A stretch of 64,000 nt of DNA from an uncultured Candidatus Binatia bacterium (GTDB taxonomy: Bacteria; Desulfobacterota; Binatia; UBA9968; JAJDTQ01). The stretch lies in assembly GCA_964291295.2 (NCBI GenBank), contig OZ219754.1:128001-192000 (forward strand), in the 5' to 3' direction. The translations under genes were made by a program, and so were the position numbers. Each line of letters begins with the position of its first letter. Within the stretch, counting starts at the first letter, position 1. This document shows positions 30,113-39,717 of the stretch, in pieces. The notes beneath the pieces were generated by a model that was not told the DNA's origin, did not search any database, and was given only the letters and a program-made list of their open reading frames with translations.

Positions 30113-31372
30113 TCAGGCCGCTGCCGTGTTCCTTCGATAGACGGGAAAGCACTCGCACAGCGCCCGCACTTCGGCGGCCACGGCGGCGAGGCCGGCGTCG
30201 TCCCCGACCCGGGCGAGGGCGCGCTGAATCAACTCGGCGATGGCGCGCATCTCCGGTTCGTTCATGCCGCGGGTGGTAACGGCCGGGGTTCCGATGCGCA
30301 CCCCGCTGGTGACGAACGGAGAGCGGGTCTCGAACGGCACGGTGTTGCGGTTCGCGGTGATCCCCGCCTGCTCCAGCGTCTCCTGGGCAAGTTTTCCGGT
30401 GAGCTCCGAGTTCCGCAGGTCCATGAGCAGAAGGTGGTTGTCGGTACCGCCCGAGACCAGGCGGAACCCCCGATCCGCCAGCGCGCCCGCCAGGGCCCCG
30501 GCATTGGCCACGACCTGCCGCTGATAGGCGGCGAACTCCGGCGCCGCCGCTTCCTTCAACGCCACCGCCTTGGCCGCGACGACATGCATGAGCGGGCCTC
30601 CCTGCATGCCGGGGAACACCCGGCTGTTGAGGGTCTTGGCATGCTCCTGGCGACAGAGGATCATTCCCCCGCGAGGCCCGCGCAGCGTCTTGTGCGTCGT
30701 CGTCGTGACATAGTCCGCGAAGGGGACCGGGCTCGGGTGGCAGCCGGCGGCCACCAGACCGGCGATGTGGGCCATGTCCACCATCAGCAGGGCTCCCACC
30801 TCGTCGGCGATGGCGCGAAACCGTTCATAGTCAAGAGTTCTCGGGTAGGCGCTGGCGCCGGCGACGATGAGCCGCGGGCGATGCTCCCGGGCCAGCTCCG
30901 CCAGGGCATCGTAGTCGATGGTCTCGGTTTCCGCCGACACGCCGTAGGGCACCACGTTGTACAGCCGGCCGGAGAAGTTCGCGGGGCTCCCCATGGAAAG
31001 GTGGCCGCCGTGGGAGAGGTCCATGCCGAGATAGGTGTCTCCGGGGTTCAGAACCGCGAAGTAGACCGCCATGTTGGCCTGGGTCCCGGAGTGGGGCTGG
31101 ACGTTCGCATGCTCCGCCCCGAACAGTTCCCGGGCCCGCTCCATGGCCAGGCGCTCCACCACGTCCACATGCTCGCACCCGCCGTAGTAGCGCCGTCCGG
31201 GATAGCCCTCGGCGTACTTGTTGGTCATGAGGCAACCCTGCGCCTCGAGAACCGCTTCGCTCACCACATTCTCGGAAGCGATCAGCTCCAGGTTGCACTC
31301 CAGGCGCTCGCCCTCCTTGTGGATCGCCTCGAAAACCTCCGGGTCGACGTGTTCCAGGCCTGCGGTGATCAT
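30113..31372 (-). CDS. glyA: Serine hydroxymethyltransferase
   Basis: [21 protein letters not shown] and [14 protein letters not shown]. Confidence 0.97.
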   Translation of the reverse strand: MITAGLEHVDPEVFEAIHKEGERLECNLELIASENVVSEAVLEAQGCLMTNKYAEGYPGRRYYGGCEHVDVVERLAMERARELFGAEHANVQPHSGTQANMAVYFAVLNPGDTYLGMDLSHGGHLSMGSPANFSGRLYNVVPYGVSAETETIDYDALAELAREHRPRLIVAGASAYPRTLDYERFRAIADEVGALLMVDMAHIAGLVAAGCHPSPVPFADYVTTTTHKTLRGPRGGMILCRQEHAKTLNSRVFPGMQGGPLMHVVAAKAVALKEAAAPEFAAYQRQVVANAGALAGALADRGFRLVSGGTDNHLLLMDLRNSELTGKLAQETLEQAGITANRNTVPFETRSPFVTSGVRIGTPAVTTRGMNEPEMRAIAELIQRALARVGDDAGLAAVAAEVRALCECFPVYRRNTAAA

Positions 31373-31605
31373 CGGTGGCTTTCGATGTACTCGATCACGT
31401 CCTGAACCGTCTTGATCTTTTCGGCGTCCTCGTCGGATATCTCCATCTCGTACTCTTCCTCCAACGCCATGACCAACTCGACGATATCCAGCGAATCGGC
31501 TCCCAGATCCTCGATGAACGACGCGTCCGGACTGACCTCCGTGTCGCTCACTCCCAGTTGTTCGCAGATGATCTGCTTGACCCGCGCATCAATGTCTGTT
31601 GCCAT
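31369..31605 (-). CDS. acpP: Acyl carrier protein
   Basis: [18 protein letters not shown]; ATG at 31605 with an AAGGA RBS. Confidence 0.96.
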   Translation of the reverse strand: MATDIDARVKQIICEQLGVSDTEVSPDASFIEDLGADSLDIVELVMALEEEYEMEISDEDAEKIKTVQDVIEYIESHR

Positions 31606-31788
31606 GTGTACTTCCTTTCTCGTCTCTCCCCCGGTGCTGCGTTCCGAAGACCCGGGACATCTGAAGGCAGCGCCATGTGTCGATCCCCGAACCGTCGATC
31701 CCCGAACCATTCCCCGGCCGGGCACTCCCCGGCGGGGAGGGCGTCGGAGGGCTGTTGAACCCACCTCCACGACAACTCCACCGTGAAG

Positions 31789-32547
31789 TCACATGTACAG
31801 GCCGCCATTGACGGCGATGGTCTGTCCCGTGATGTAGCGGCCCCCCGGACCTGCCAGAAACGCCACCGCCCCGGCTACGTCGTCGCTGCCGCCGAACCGT
31901 CCCAAGGGAATCAGGTCAAGATACTTGCTCCGGGTGTCCTCGTCCAGAGCGGCGGTCATGTCCGTTTCGATGAAGCCGGGAGCCACGGCATTGACCGTGA
32001 TCCCGCGCGGGGCCAACTCCCGGGCCATGGACTTGGTAAATCCCACGATGCCCGCCTTGGTGGCGGCATAAACGGACTGTCCCGCGTTTCCCGTTTGTCC
32101 GGCCACCGAGGTCAGATTGACGATTCGGCCGCGGCGCTGCCGAATCATCCTCCTGCTGGCCGCCCGGGTGCAGTGGAACATGCCCCGGAGGTTGACGTCG
32201 ATTATCCTGTCCCAGTCGGAAGCCGGTTGGCGCAACAGCAGACCGTCGATGGCGATCCCCGCATTGTTCACTAAAATATCAATTCTCCCGTGTTGGTCAA
32301 CGACCGTCCGGAACGTCTCCTCGACCTGGTCCTGCCGCGCGACATCGAACGGCGCCAGCTCGGCGCGTCCGTTGCCGGCCAGGATCTGTTCCCGCACCTC
32401 TTCCGCAGCTTCCCGGCTCTCCCGGTAGTTGATGATGACGCTGGCTCCCAGACGAGCCAGACAGAAGACGATTTCCCGGCCGATGCCCCTGCTGCCGCCC
32501 GTCACCAGCGCAATCCTGTCCTCCAGCGGTCCCGCTACCCGGGTCAT
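31789..32547 (-). CDS. fabG: 3-oxoacyl-ACP reductase
   Basis: TGGSRGIG, NNAG, YAATK and PGFIETDM. Confidence 0.94.
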   Translation of the reverse strand: MTRVAGPLEDRIALVTGGSRGIGREIVFCLARLGASVIINYRESREAAEEVREQILAGNGRAELAPFDVARQDQVEETFRTVVDQHGRIDILVNNAGIAIDGLLLRQPASDWDRIIDVNLRGMFHCTRAASRRMIRQRRGRIVNLTSVAGQTGNAGQSVYAATKAGIVGFTKSMARELAPRGITVNAVAPGFIETDMTAALDEDTRSKYLDLIPLGRFGGSDDVAGAVAFLAGPGGRYITGQTIAVNGGLYM

Positions 32548-33491
32548 GCCCTCACCTTTGCCATCAGCTTCTCCAGGTCCTCGGGCTTCTCCAGATTCGA
32601 TGTGTCGATTCCCCGGTCGATGCGTCGAATGAGCCCGGACAGAACCCTCCTCGGACCCAGTTCGATCACCCGCCGGCAACCAAGCCCGGCCAGCGTCTTC
32701 ACCGACTCCTCCCACCGGACCGGGGCCACCACCTGTTGGACCAGAAGAGACTTGACACGCTCGGCGTCGGTGTTCAGCGCCGCCTCGACGTTGGTGACGA
32801 CTCCCACCCGGAGCGGCCGTACCCTGATGCCTTCCAGCACCTCCCGAAGCCCCTCCGCCGCCGGTGTCATCAGCGCGCAGTGGAACGGCGCGCTGAGGGT
32901 CAGCTCCACCACCTTCCGCGCACCCCGATCCCGGGCCAGTCGCGCCGCGCGCCGGACCGCTTCGCAGGCGCCCGAGACGACCACCTGCCTGCCGCCGTTC
33001 AGATTGGCCGGTGCCACCACTTCGCCCTGCCCGGCCTCCTGGCAGATCTCCCGGACCACCGCCTCCTCGAACCCCAGCACCGCGGCCATGCCCCCCTTGC
33101 CTTCGGGCACCGCCTGCTGCATCAGGCGGCCCCGCTCCCGCACCACCCGGACCGCATCCGGCAACGCCAGCGCCCCCGCGCACACCAGCGCACCGTATTC
33201 GCCCAGGCTGTGTCCGGCCACCCAGGCGGGCTCGACGCCGACCTTACTTTCCAGTACCCGCAAGGCGGCCACCGACACCGCCAGGATCGCCGGCTGCGTG
33301 TATTCCGTCCGGTTCAGTCGGGATTCCGGACCATCAAAACACAGCCCGCGAAGGCTCACGCCCAGCGCTTCGTCCGCCTCGTCGAACGTTGCCCTGGCCT
33401 CCGGAAAACGGTCGCACAACGCCCGTCCCATGCCCACGTACTGCGAACCCTGGCCGGGAAAGACGAACGCGGCGCGGCCGGTATCCGTCAT
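32544..33491 (-). CDS. fabD: Malonyl-CoA:ACP transacylase
   Basis: FPGQGSQ, GHSLGEY and SAPFH. Confidence 0.96.
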   Translation of the reverse strand: MTDTGRAAFVFPGQGSQYVGMGRALCDRFPEARATFDEADEALGVSLRGLCFDGPESRLNRTEYTQPAILAVSVAALRVLESKVGVEPAWVAGHSLGEYGALVCAGALALPDAVRVVRERGRLMQQAVPEGKGGMAAVLGFEEAVVREICQEAGQGEVVAPANLNGGRQVVVSGACEAVRRAARLARDRGARKVVELTLSAPFHCALMTPAAEGLREVLEGIRVRPLRVGVVTNVEAALNTDAERVKSLLVQQVVAPVRWEESVKTLAGLGCRRVIELGPRRVLSGLIRRIDRGIDTSNLEKPEDLEKLMAKVRA

Positions 33492-34483
33492 TCGCCCTGG
33501 TCCTCCAGCGCATTCACGATGTATCCGTTGATGTCCTGCGAAACGGCCTCGGACGCCACCCGGACGGCGTTCTTGATGGCCTCGGCCGAGGAGCCTCCGT
33601 GGGCGACGATGGCGACGCCGTTCAACCCCATCAGGGGAGCCCCTCCGTAGTGTGCATAATCAAGGCGGTCATAGGCCCGACCCAGGGCGCCCCGGCACAA
33701 CAGGTAGCCCAGGCGGCTGGACAGGCTGCTCCGGAACGCATCCTTCAGCACCGAGGAAACAAACTGTCCAATCCCTTCCATGGTCTTCAGCGCCACGTTG
33801 CCCGTGAACCCGTCACACACCACCACATGGGCCCGGCCATTGGTGATGTCCCGCCCTTCCACGTGGCCCATGAAGTTCAAGCCCGTGGAGCGGAGCTCGC
33901 GGACCGCCTCCCGTGTAAGATCGTTGCCCTTGCCGTCTTCTTCCCCGTTGCTCAGGATACCCACCCGGGGACTCGCGATCCCCAGGATCTTCTCCGCGTA
34001 GATGGCTCCCATGTGCGCGAACTGCACCAGTTGCCGCGGCTTGCAGTCGGTGTTGGCACCACCGTCCAGGAGCACGGTGCCGCCGGACAACGAGGGGCCC
34101 ACCGTCAGGATCGCGGGCCGGTCCACTCCGGGCAGGCGACCCAGCACGAACATGCCGATGGCCAGCATGGCACCGGAGTTGCCCGCGCTCACCAGCGCGT
34201 CCCCCTCGCCGGCCTTGAGCCGTTCGAAGGCCACTCTCATGGAGGCATCCTTCTGCTTCAGGGCGCGGCTGGGCGAGGCGCGCATGTCGATGGAGGAGGC
34301 GGCAGGGACGACGCGTACGACCGACGCATCGAACGAGTGACGCGACAACTCGGACTCCACCGCGTCCGACGCGCTCACCAGGGTTATGGCCACCCCGTAT
34401 TCCTCCGCAGCCCGCAGGGCCCCCCTTACGACAACGCCCGGGCCGTGGTCACCGCCCATCGCGTCAACGATCATCCGCCGCAT
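33488..34483 (-). CDS. plsX: Phosphate acyltransferase PlsX
   Basis: VDAMGGD, SAGNSGA, DGFTGNVALK and HGGS. Confidence 0.95.
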   Translation of the reverse strand: MRRMIVDAMGGDHGPGVVVRGALRAAEEYGVAITLVSASDAVESELSRHSFDASVVRVVPAASSIDMRASPSRALKQKDASMRVAFERLKAGEGDALVSAGNSGAMLAIGMFVLGRLPGVDRPAILTVGPSLSGGTVLLDGGANTDCKPRQLVQFAHMGAIYAEKILGIASPRVGILSNGEEDGKGNDLTREAVRELRSTGLNFMGHVEGRDITNGRAHVVVCDGFTGNVALKTMEGIGQFVSSVLKDAFRSSLSSRLGYLLCRGALGRAYDRLDYAHYGGAPLMGLNGVAIVAHGGSSAEAIKNAVRVASEAVSQDINGYIVNALEDQGE

Positions 34484-34515
34484 CACGGAGTGGACTGGAC
34501 AAGTGCGGCCGGCGT

Positions 34516-34692
34516 CTACTCGCCGGATGTCACGGACCGGGCCCTGTAGTAGCCGCAGCCGGCACAGACTCTGTGCCGCAAGGTGGCTGCACCGCAGCGC
34601 GGACATGTGATCCATCCAGGGGCGGGGACGGCGTCGTGGGACCGGCGCTTGTTGCGCTTGCTGTTGGAGGTTCTTCTTTTCGGTACGGGCAT
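34516..34692 (-). CDS. rpmF: 50S ribosomal protein L32
   Basis: MPVPKRRTS..RRSHD, CPRC..HRVCAGCGYY. Confidence 0.93.
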   Translation of the reverse strand: MPVPKRRTSNSKRNKRRSHDAVPAPGWITCPRCGAATLRHRVCAGCGYYRARSVTSGE

Positions 34693-34757
34693 CGCTTGTA
34701 TCCGTTCTGTCGGCTGGTTTCCGCAGACTCGCCACCCTCCACGGCCACCCTCCGCTG

Positions 34758-35300
34758 CTACCGGTCCAGTCGGAGGTTGCGGAAAATGGCCATGCGGGGA
34801 TCCCCCGAGGACACGCATCCACAGCCGATCCGATTCAACTCGGCACCACAGCCGGGGCACAGGCCGCGACAGCTTTCGCTGCACAGTGGCCGGAGGGGCA
34901 GGGCGAGCAGGGTCTGTTCGCGGACAAAGGGCGAGAGGTCGATGTCTTCTCCGGAGTAGAAGCTCAAACCCAGTTCGTCCGCCGTGAGTTCCATGTTCTT
35001 GTTAGTCGGAAGAGGGTCCGGAGTCAACACGAAGTCGAACGTTTTTTCAATGACGAACCGGAAGCTCTCCAGACAGCGGCTGCAATCCCCCTCCACCTCT
35101 CCCTCCAGCCCGCCGCGAAAAAAGATCTCCCGGCCCGACCGGTAGCAGGTCACCTGAACGTGGATCGGCGACGGGAAGCGTACCACCGAGACTCCATCGT
35201 CACCGATCTCGGGGATCTCGGAGAACCGGCTCTCCCGGGGAACGGTGTCGATCCGGTTGAGGGGAATGCGCAAGACGACTCCAGTTGCCGCGATCTTCAT
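34758..35300 (-). CDS. DUF177/YceD family protein
   Basis: CSRCL and PLCSESCRGLCPGCG..DPR motifs, upstream of rpmF; the real start may be the TTG at 35273. Confidence 0.9.
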   Translation of the reverse strand: MKIAATGVVLRIPLNRIDTVPRESRFSEIPEIGDDGVSVVRFPSPIHVQVTCYRSGREIFFRGGLEGEVEGDCSRCLESFRFVIEKTFDFVLTPDPLPTNKNMELTADELGLSFYSGEDIDLSPFVREQTLLALPLRPLCSESCRGLCPGCGAELNRIGCGCVSSGDPRMAIFRNLRLDR

Positions 35301-35439
35301 AGCGGGGAGACGGCACCCTTGTCAATTCGGAGTCCCGGGCGGGGCCGCCGGCAAGGCTGTCCCACGCTGCGTGTTTGTGCGAGGGGGTGAGGTTTGGGTC
35401 AGGCACGGACGGTCTCGCGCCGGGGCAGTCCTGCCTGGG

Positions 35440-36168
35440 GGATGTTGGAACGCATCGAACGGCAGCAAGGACATCTATCTTCTGCGCACCGGAACGAGCG
35501 GGACCGACAACTTCACCTACCGGCAGATTTTCGTCTACGATGTGCCGGATTTCCCGGAGGCGAGGCCCTATGAGCACATGAACTACGGGATGTGGCACAC
35601 GCAGAAGTCAGGCAGGACCAACCTTGGCATCTCATTCGTCACGGTGCTGCCCGATGGCGAGGGCATGACCCCGGCGGCCAACATGCCAAGCTTCGGCAGT
35701 GCCACCTACAGGGGTAATGCAATTTGGCAACACCGCGCACAGCACGCTCAGGGCGAAGGAGGTATCGGCGGTTGGGATGGAACCTCCACCACGACGGTGA
35801 ATTTCGGGAAAAGCACCATCAAGACCGATATTTTTAACGGGCACGTCATTTTGCAGGGCGGATATAACGGGATCATAGCCACATTCCACGGCACCATCGA
35901 CGGGAACGGGTTCTCGGGCAGCAAAGTGACCAATGTCAACGCCGAAGGCGCCGGCTACGATACGCCGGGATTTTTGGCCGGCTATCAGAGCCAGCATCGT
36001 GGCGCAGTGAACTTGGCCACGAGCGTGGACGGCAGCCTGTACGAGGTGAGAGAGTACAGCGGCCATTTCTTCGGGCCGGACGCCGAAGAGGTGGGCGGCG
36101 TGTTCGACATCACGTCCAAGGACAAGAAGAACGGCGAGTTGCGCGGCTCCTTCGGCGGCCGCAGGTAG
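35440..36168 (+). pseudogene. TbpB-like (Slam-substrate) surface protein, C-terminal beta-barrel only
   Basis: MPSFGSATYRG...GHFFGPDAEEVGGVF...GSFGGRR is the TbpB_B_D barrel signature; no signal peptide or credible start. Confidence 0.7.
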
Positions 36169-36205
36169 TAAACCGGTCGCCGTCACTGGCGGTGGTTCAC
36201 GGAGC

Positions 36206-36248
36206 GGGGCGCCCGATCCATCTCCGGATCGGGCGCCCTTTTCTTTTT
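36206..36248 (+). terminator. Intrinsic terminator after the TbpB-like gene
   Basis: GGGCGCCCGATCC-loop-GGATCGGGCGCCC followed by TTTTCTTTTT. Confidence 0.75.
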
Positions 36249-36268
36249 CGACAGCCGCCGGGGAGGCT

Positions 36269-36841
36269 GTGGATGCGCCGTTACACGAGTTTCGTTGGCA
36301 TTTCGTTGTCACAATGCTGCTCGCGTTGATTCTGGCGACCGCGCCGGCGGAGGGCCAGCAGCCGCCTCCGGAGCTGTCCGCCGAGGCGCTGATCGATGCC
36401 GCGCGGGCGGCCTTGGCAAAGGGCGAGCCGGAAGACGCCGCGTTCCTGCTCGACGGTGTGAAACCGGGCGAGGGGAACCCCGACGATCTCGATTTCCTGC
36501 GCGGCTCCATCGCGATGCAGCGCGGGGAGTGGCAGAAGGCGATGGCACGGTTCCGGGCGATGCTGGCGCGCAATCCCGATCTGCCCCGGGTGCGGCTCGC
36601 GCTTATTTTCAGGCGGAGGATGACGGCAATGCGGCCTGTCACTTCCGCCTGGCGCTGGGCGCGAAGGACCTGCCCGAGACGGTGCGCGCCTCGGCGCTCG
36701 CCTTCCTCCCCCGCATCCGGCGGCGCAAGCGATGGTCGGTTACCGGCTCGGTGGCGCTTGTGCCTTGTTCCCGACACCAACATCAACGCCAGAACCGATG
36801 CCCGGGAGATCCTCCTGGGCCGCCGGCCCGGCACCTTGTGA
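36269..36841 (+). pseudogene. Slam (surface lipoprotein assembly modulator, TPR + DUF560) N-terminal fragment
   Basis: Signal peptide, TPR-like helices, NPDLPRVRL, a frameshift near 36600, PDTNIN motif, then truncation; the beta-barrel is missing. Confidence 0.7.
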
Positions 36842-36955
36842 AGGCGCACCGTTTCTGCTAACGCAAGAGGCCGTGAGTCTGCTGGATCATCCCGGGCCGC
36901 CGAATGGTCGCCGGCGCACCGGCCGCCGGCCGGACGAACCGGCGGGAGGCGGGAC

Positions 36956-37870
36956 GTGAACGCGCGAGTGGGTTTGCTGCACGCCGTCGTGCTGGCCACG
37001 GTCGACTTGGCCACCAAGGTGCCGTCCGACCATCCCTCCGCCCGCAACCTGGGCACCGAGCGCATGGGTTCCGGCACCCTCATTGATCCCGCGGGCCTGA
37101 TCCTGACCGTCAACTACGTCGTCAACGGAGCCGAGGCCATCACCGTGACGCTGTCGGACGGGAAACAATACCCGGGCCGCCTGACGGCCCAGGACTTCGA
37201 CAGCGGCCTTGCCCTGGTCCACATCGACGCCGCCGATCTGCCTTTCCTCCGGCCGGCCGAAACCGTCACCGTCGGCCAGCCGGTGTTCATGGTGGCCAGC
37301 AATGGACAGCAACAGCGGCGGGTCAGCGACGGCAGCCTCACCTCCGTCGAAGGCTACGATGGGCAGTGGGAGTACCTGCTGGAACGGTCCATTCGGGTGA
37401 GCGCCTTCAATCCGGGATTCGGCGGCGGCACGCTGGCCGACTCCCGGGGCCGTCTCATGGGGGTGATCTCCCTCAACCTGAACGATGTCGGCAAGTTCAC
37501 GCTGGCCATCCCGGTGGAGTACTACCTTCGGGACGCGGAGGAGCTGAGACGGTTCGGAAGGGTGCGCAACCGGCCGCCGCGCGCTTGGCTCGGCCTCTAT
37601 TCACAGGCTCTGGAGGGCCATCTCCTGGTCACCGGCGTGACGCCGTCGGGACCCGCCGAGAAGTCCGGCCTGAAACAGGGCGACATCATCCTCGCGGTGG
37701 AGGGCCAGGAGGTGCAGACGCGGCCCCAACTCTACCGCGAGATCTGGAAGAAGCGTGCCGGGGACGCGGTCACCTTCCACGTGATCCGGGGCGACGGTTC
37801 GCAGGACGTTCAGGTGGCCAGCCGTGACCGCTGGGACTTCAACCAAGCCGGCGGGAAAGCCGGCGGCTGA
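36956..37870 (+). CDS. Trypsin-like (S1C/HtrA-like) + PDZ protein lacking the catalytic triad
   Basis: GSG..ILTVNYVV, DSGLALV and NPGFGGG occupy the triad positions; C-terminal PDZ (AWLGL..GPAEKSGLKQGD). Confidence 0.8.
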   Translation: MNARVGLLHAVVLATVDLATKVPSDHPSARNLGTERMGSGTLIDPAGLILTVNYVVNGAEAITVTLSDGKQYPGRLTAQDFDSGLALVHIDAADLPFLRPAETVTVGQPVFMVASNGQQQRRVSDGSLTSVEGYDGQWEYLLERSIRVSAFNPGFGGGTLADSRGRLMGVISLNLNDVGKFTLAIPVEYYLRDAEELRRFGRVRNRPPRAWLGLYSQALEGHLLVTGVTPSGPAEKSGLKQGDIILAVEGQEVQTRPQLYREIWKKRAGDAVTFHVIRGDGSQDVQVASRDRWDFNQAGGKAGG

Positions 37871-37880
37871 CCCGCGGCCC

Positions 37881-38366
37881 GTGAAAAATGCAACCCTCTG
37901 TCGTGTCATCTACGGCGACACGGACCAGATGGGGGTGGTCTACTACGCCAACTATCTCCGGTGGTTCGAGATCGGCAGAACGGAACTCCTGCGTCAGGCC
38001 GGGATTCCCTACGAGCGGGCGGAACGGGACGGCATCTTCTTCCCGGTCACCGAAGTGCAGTGCCGCTACCGCAAACCGGCCCGCTACGACGACCTGCTGA
38101 GGATCGAGACAACCGTCGAATCCCTCAGCCGTGTGGCGCTGAGATTCAACTACCGGATCGGCCTGGAAACCGGCCAAGTCACCCTCGCGTCGGGCTGGAC
38201 CAAGCATGCCTGCCTCAACCGCGACCACAAGCTGACCCGGCTGCCGGCCCGGTACGCCCGCGAGCTGGGACTCGGCACCCACCGGGACTCGGCACCGAGT
38301 AGCCGCCACCGTCAGGAAGACGGCGGAGACGCCTCCGCGGCAGGGTCGGACTCCGGACGGCAGTAG
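37881..38366 (+). CDS. YbgC/FadM-family acyl-CoA thioesterase
   Basis: RVIYGDTDQMGVVYYANYLRWFEIGRTE. Confidence 0.9.
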   Translation: MKNATLCRVIYGDTDQMGVVYYANYLRWFEIGRTELLRQAGIPYERAERDGIFFPVTEVQCRYRKPARYDDLLRIETTVESLSRVALRFNYRIGLETGQVTLASGWTKHACLNRDHKLTRLPARYARELGLGTHRDSAPSSRHRQEDGGDASAAGSDSGRQ

Positions 38367-39667
38367 ACCTCCGCCACCTGACGCAACAGCGCGATATTGT
38401 CGGCATGACCCGTCATCTTCGCGGTCACGCGGCCGCGCAGGGGGCGGCCGATGAGGGAAAAGTCCCCCATGATGTCCAGGATCTTGTGGCGGGCGAACTC
38501 GTCCTCGAACCGCAACTCGGTATTGAGGATCCTCTCATCGTCCACCAGGATGCAGTTGCCGAGGCGGCCGCCCTTGATCAGGCCCATCCGTTCGAGCTTC
38601 TCGAAGTCACGCAGGAAGCCGAAAGTCCGCGCCGGCGCGATCTCGTCGCGGAACGAGTCCGCGCCCTTGTGGACGTACGTATACTCCTGGGTTCCCACGG
38701 GGCTCGGATACTGCAGGCGATAGTGCACGGTGAAGCCCTCCGCCGGCTCGATGAGAATCTCTTTCGCCCCCTCCCCGACCATTCGAAGGGTCCGGTCGAT
38801 GACGATCTCCGCCCCTTGCCCATCCTGTACCTCCACGCCGGCCTCCTCCATCAACCCGCAGAACTCGATGGCAGAACCGTCCATGATGGGAATCTCGCCA
38901 TACATCTTTATCAACAGGTTGGTGATGCCGTACGCGTGAAGCACCGCCAGCAGATGCTCCACCGTACCCACCACCACGCCGTCGCGCTGCAACGACGTGG
39001 CGAAATCGGTGGAACGCACGTAGTCCAGATGGGCAGGCACGGTGACGTCGCCGGAGATCCCGCCGAAATGGATACCGCTGTTCTCGGGCAACGGATGCAG
39101 GATGACACCCGTGCTGACACCCGAATGCAGCCCCAGACCGCAGGCCACCACGCTTTTCCCCAGGGTCTTCTGCGGCACGCCGCTTCCGGCGCCGTGGCCG
39201 CCGAAACGCCGGGACGCTGCCACGACGCCGCCGGCCGACGCCCGACGCCCGTCGTCGCTCCCGGAAGCCTCGCGCCGCATGTCGCCGCAGCCGCGCTTGA
39301 CGGCGGCCAGCAGGCCGTCCAGCGAAAGCGGCTTCTCGATAAAGTCGAACGCACCGAGCTTGGTGGCCGTCACCGCGGTGTGGACACTGCCGTGGCCGGA
39401 GATCATGATGACGCGGGCCTCGGGGTGCTCTCGCCGGATCTGCTTGAGCAGTCCGATCCCGTCCCGCTCGGGCATCCACACGTCCAGGAGAATGACGTCG
39501 GGCTCTTCCCTGGCGACGATGCCCATGACCTCCGATCCATCCAGGGCGGAGACCACCCGGTAGCCCTCGTCGGTGAGAACCTCCCGCACGGTCTCCCGGA
39601 TGACGTCCTCGTCATCCACCACCAGCACGGTCCGTTGCGCCGCCTGCGCGTTCGATGAATCTTCCAT
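38312..39667 (-). CDS. lpxC: Response-regulator receiver domain fused to UDP-3-O-acyl-GlcNAc deacetylase (REC-LpxC)
   Basis: N-terminal VVDD..LLDVWMP..ISGHG..DFIEKP receiver domain, a ~40-aa linker, then QKTL..GLGLHSG, TVEHLL, EIPIMDGSA, IAPARTFGF, HKILD and GH LpxC motifs, all in one frame. Confidence 0.9.
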   Translation of the reverse strand: MEDSSNAQAAQRTVLVVDDEDVIRETVREVLTDEGYRVVSALDGSEVMGIVAREEPDVILLDVWMPERDGIGLLKQIRREHPEARVIMISGHGSVHTAVTATKLGAFDFIEKPLSLDGLLAAVKRGCGDMRREASGSDDGRRASAGGVVAASRRFGGHGAGSGVPQKTLGKSVVACGLGLHSGVSTGVILHPLPENSGIHFGGISGDVTVPAHLDYVRSTDFATSLQRDGVVVGTVEHLLAVLHAYGITNLLIKMYGEIPIMDGSAIEFCGLMEEAGVEVQDGQGAEIVIDRTLRMVGEGAKEILIEPAEGFTVHYRLQYPSPVGTQEYTYVHKGADSFRDEIAPARTFGFLRDFEKLERMGLIKGGRLGNCILVDDERILNTELRFEDEFARHKILDIMGDFSLIGRPLRGRVTAKMTGHADNIALLRQVAEVYCRPESDPAAEASPPSS

Positions 39668-39717
39668 GGTTCCTCTTCGTTCGGCGCCGCGCCCGGACAA
39701 GGGCACACCGGCGCCCT

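Noticed and set aside
28625-31405. Long plus-strand ORFs (926 aa here; also 23450-25636, 39655-42120, 49739-52006, 58003-60636)
   Set aside because: Antisense shadows of well-supported minus-strand genes in high-GC DNA, with no recognisable motifs.
31679-31708. 15-bp direct repeat (GTCGATCCCCGAACC x2) between fabG and acpP
   Set aside because: Only two copies with no other support; probably a local duplication.
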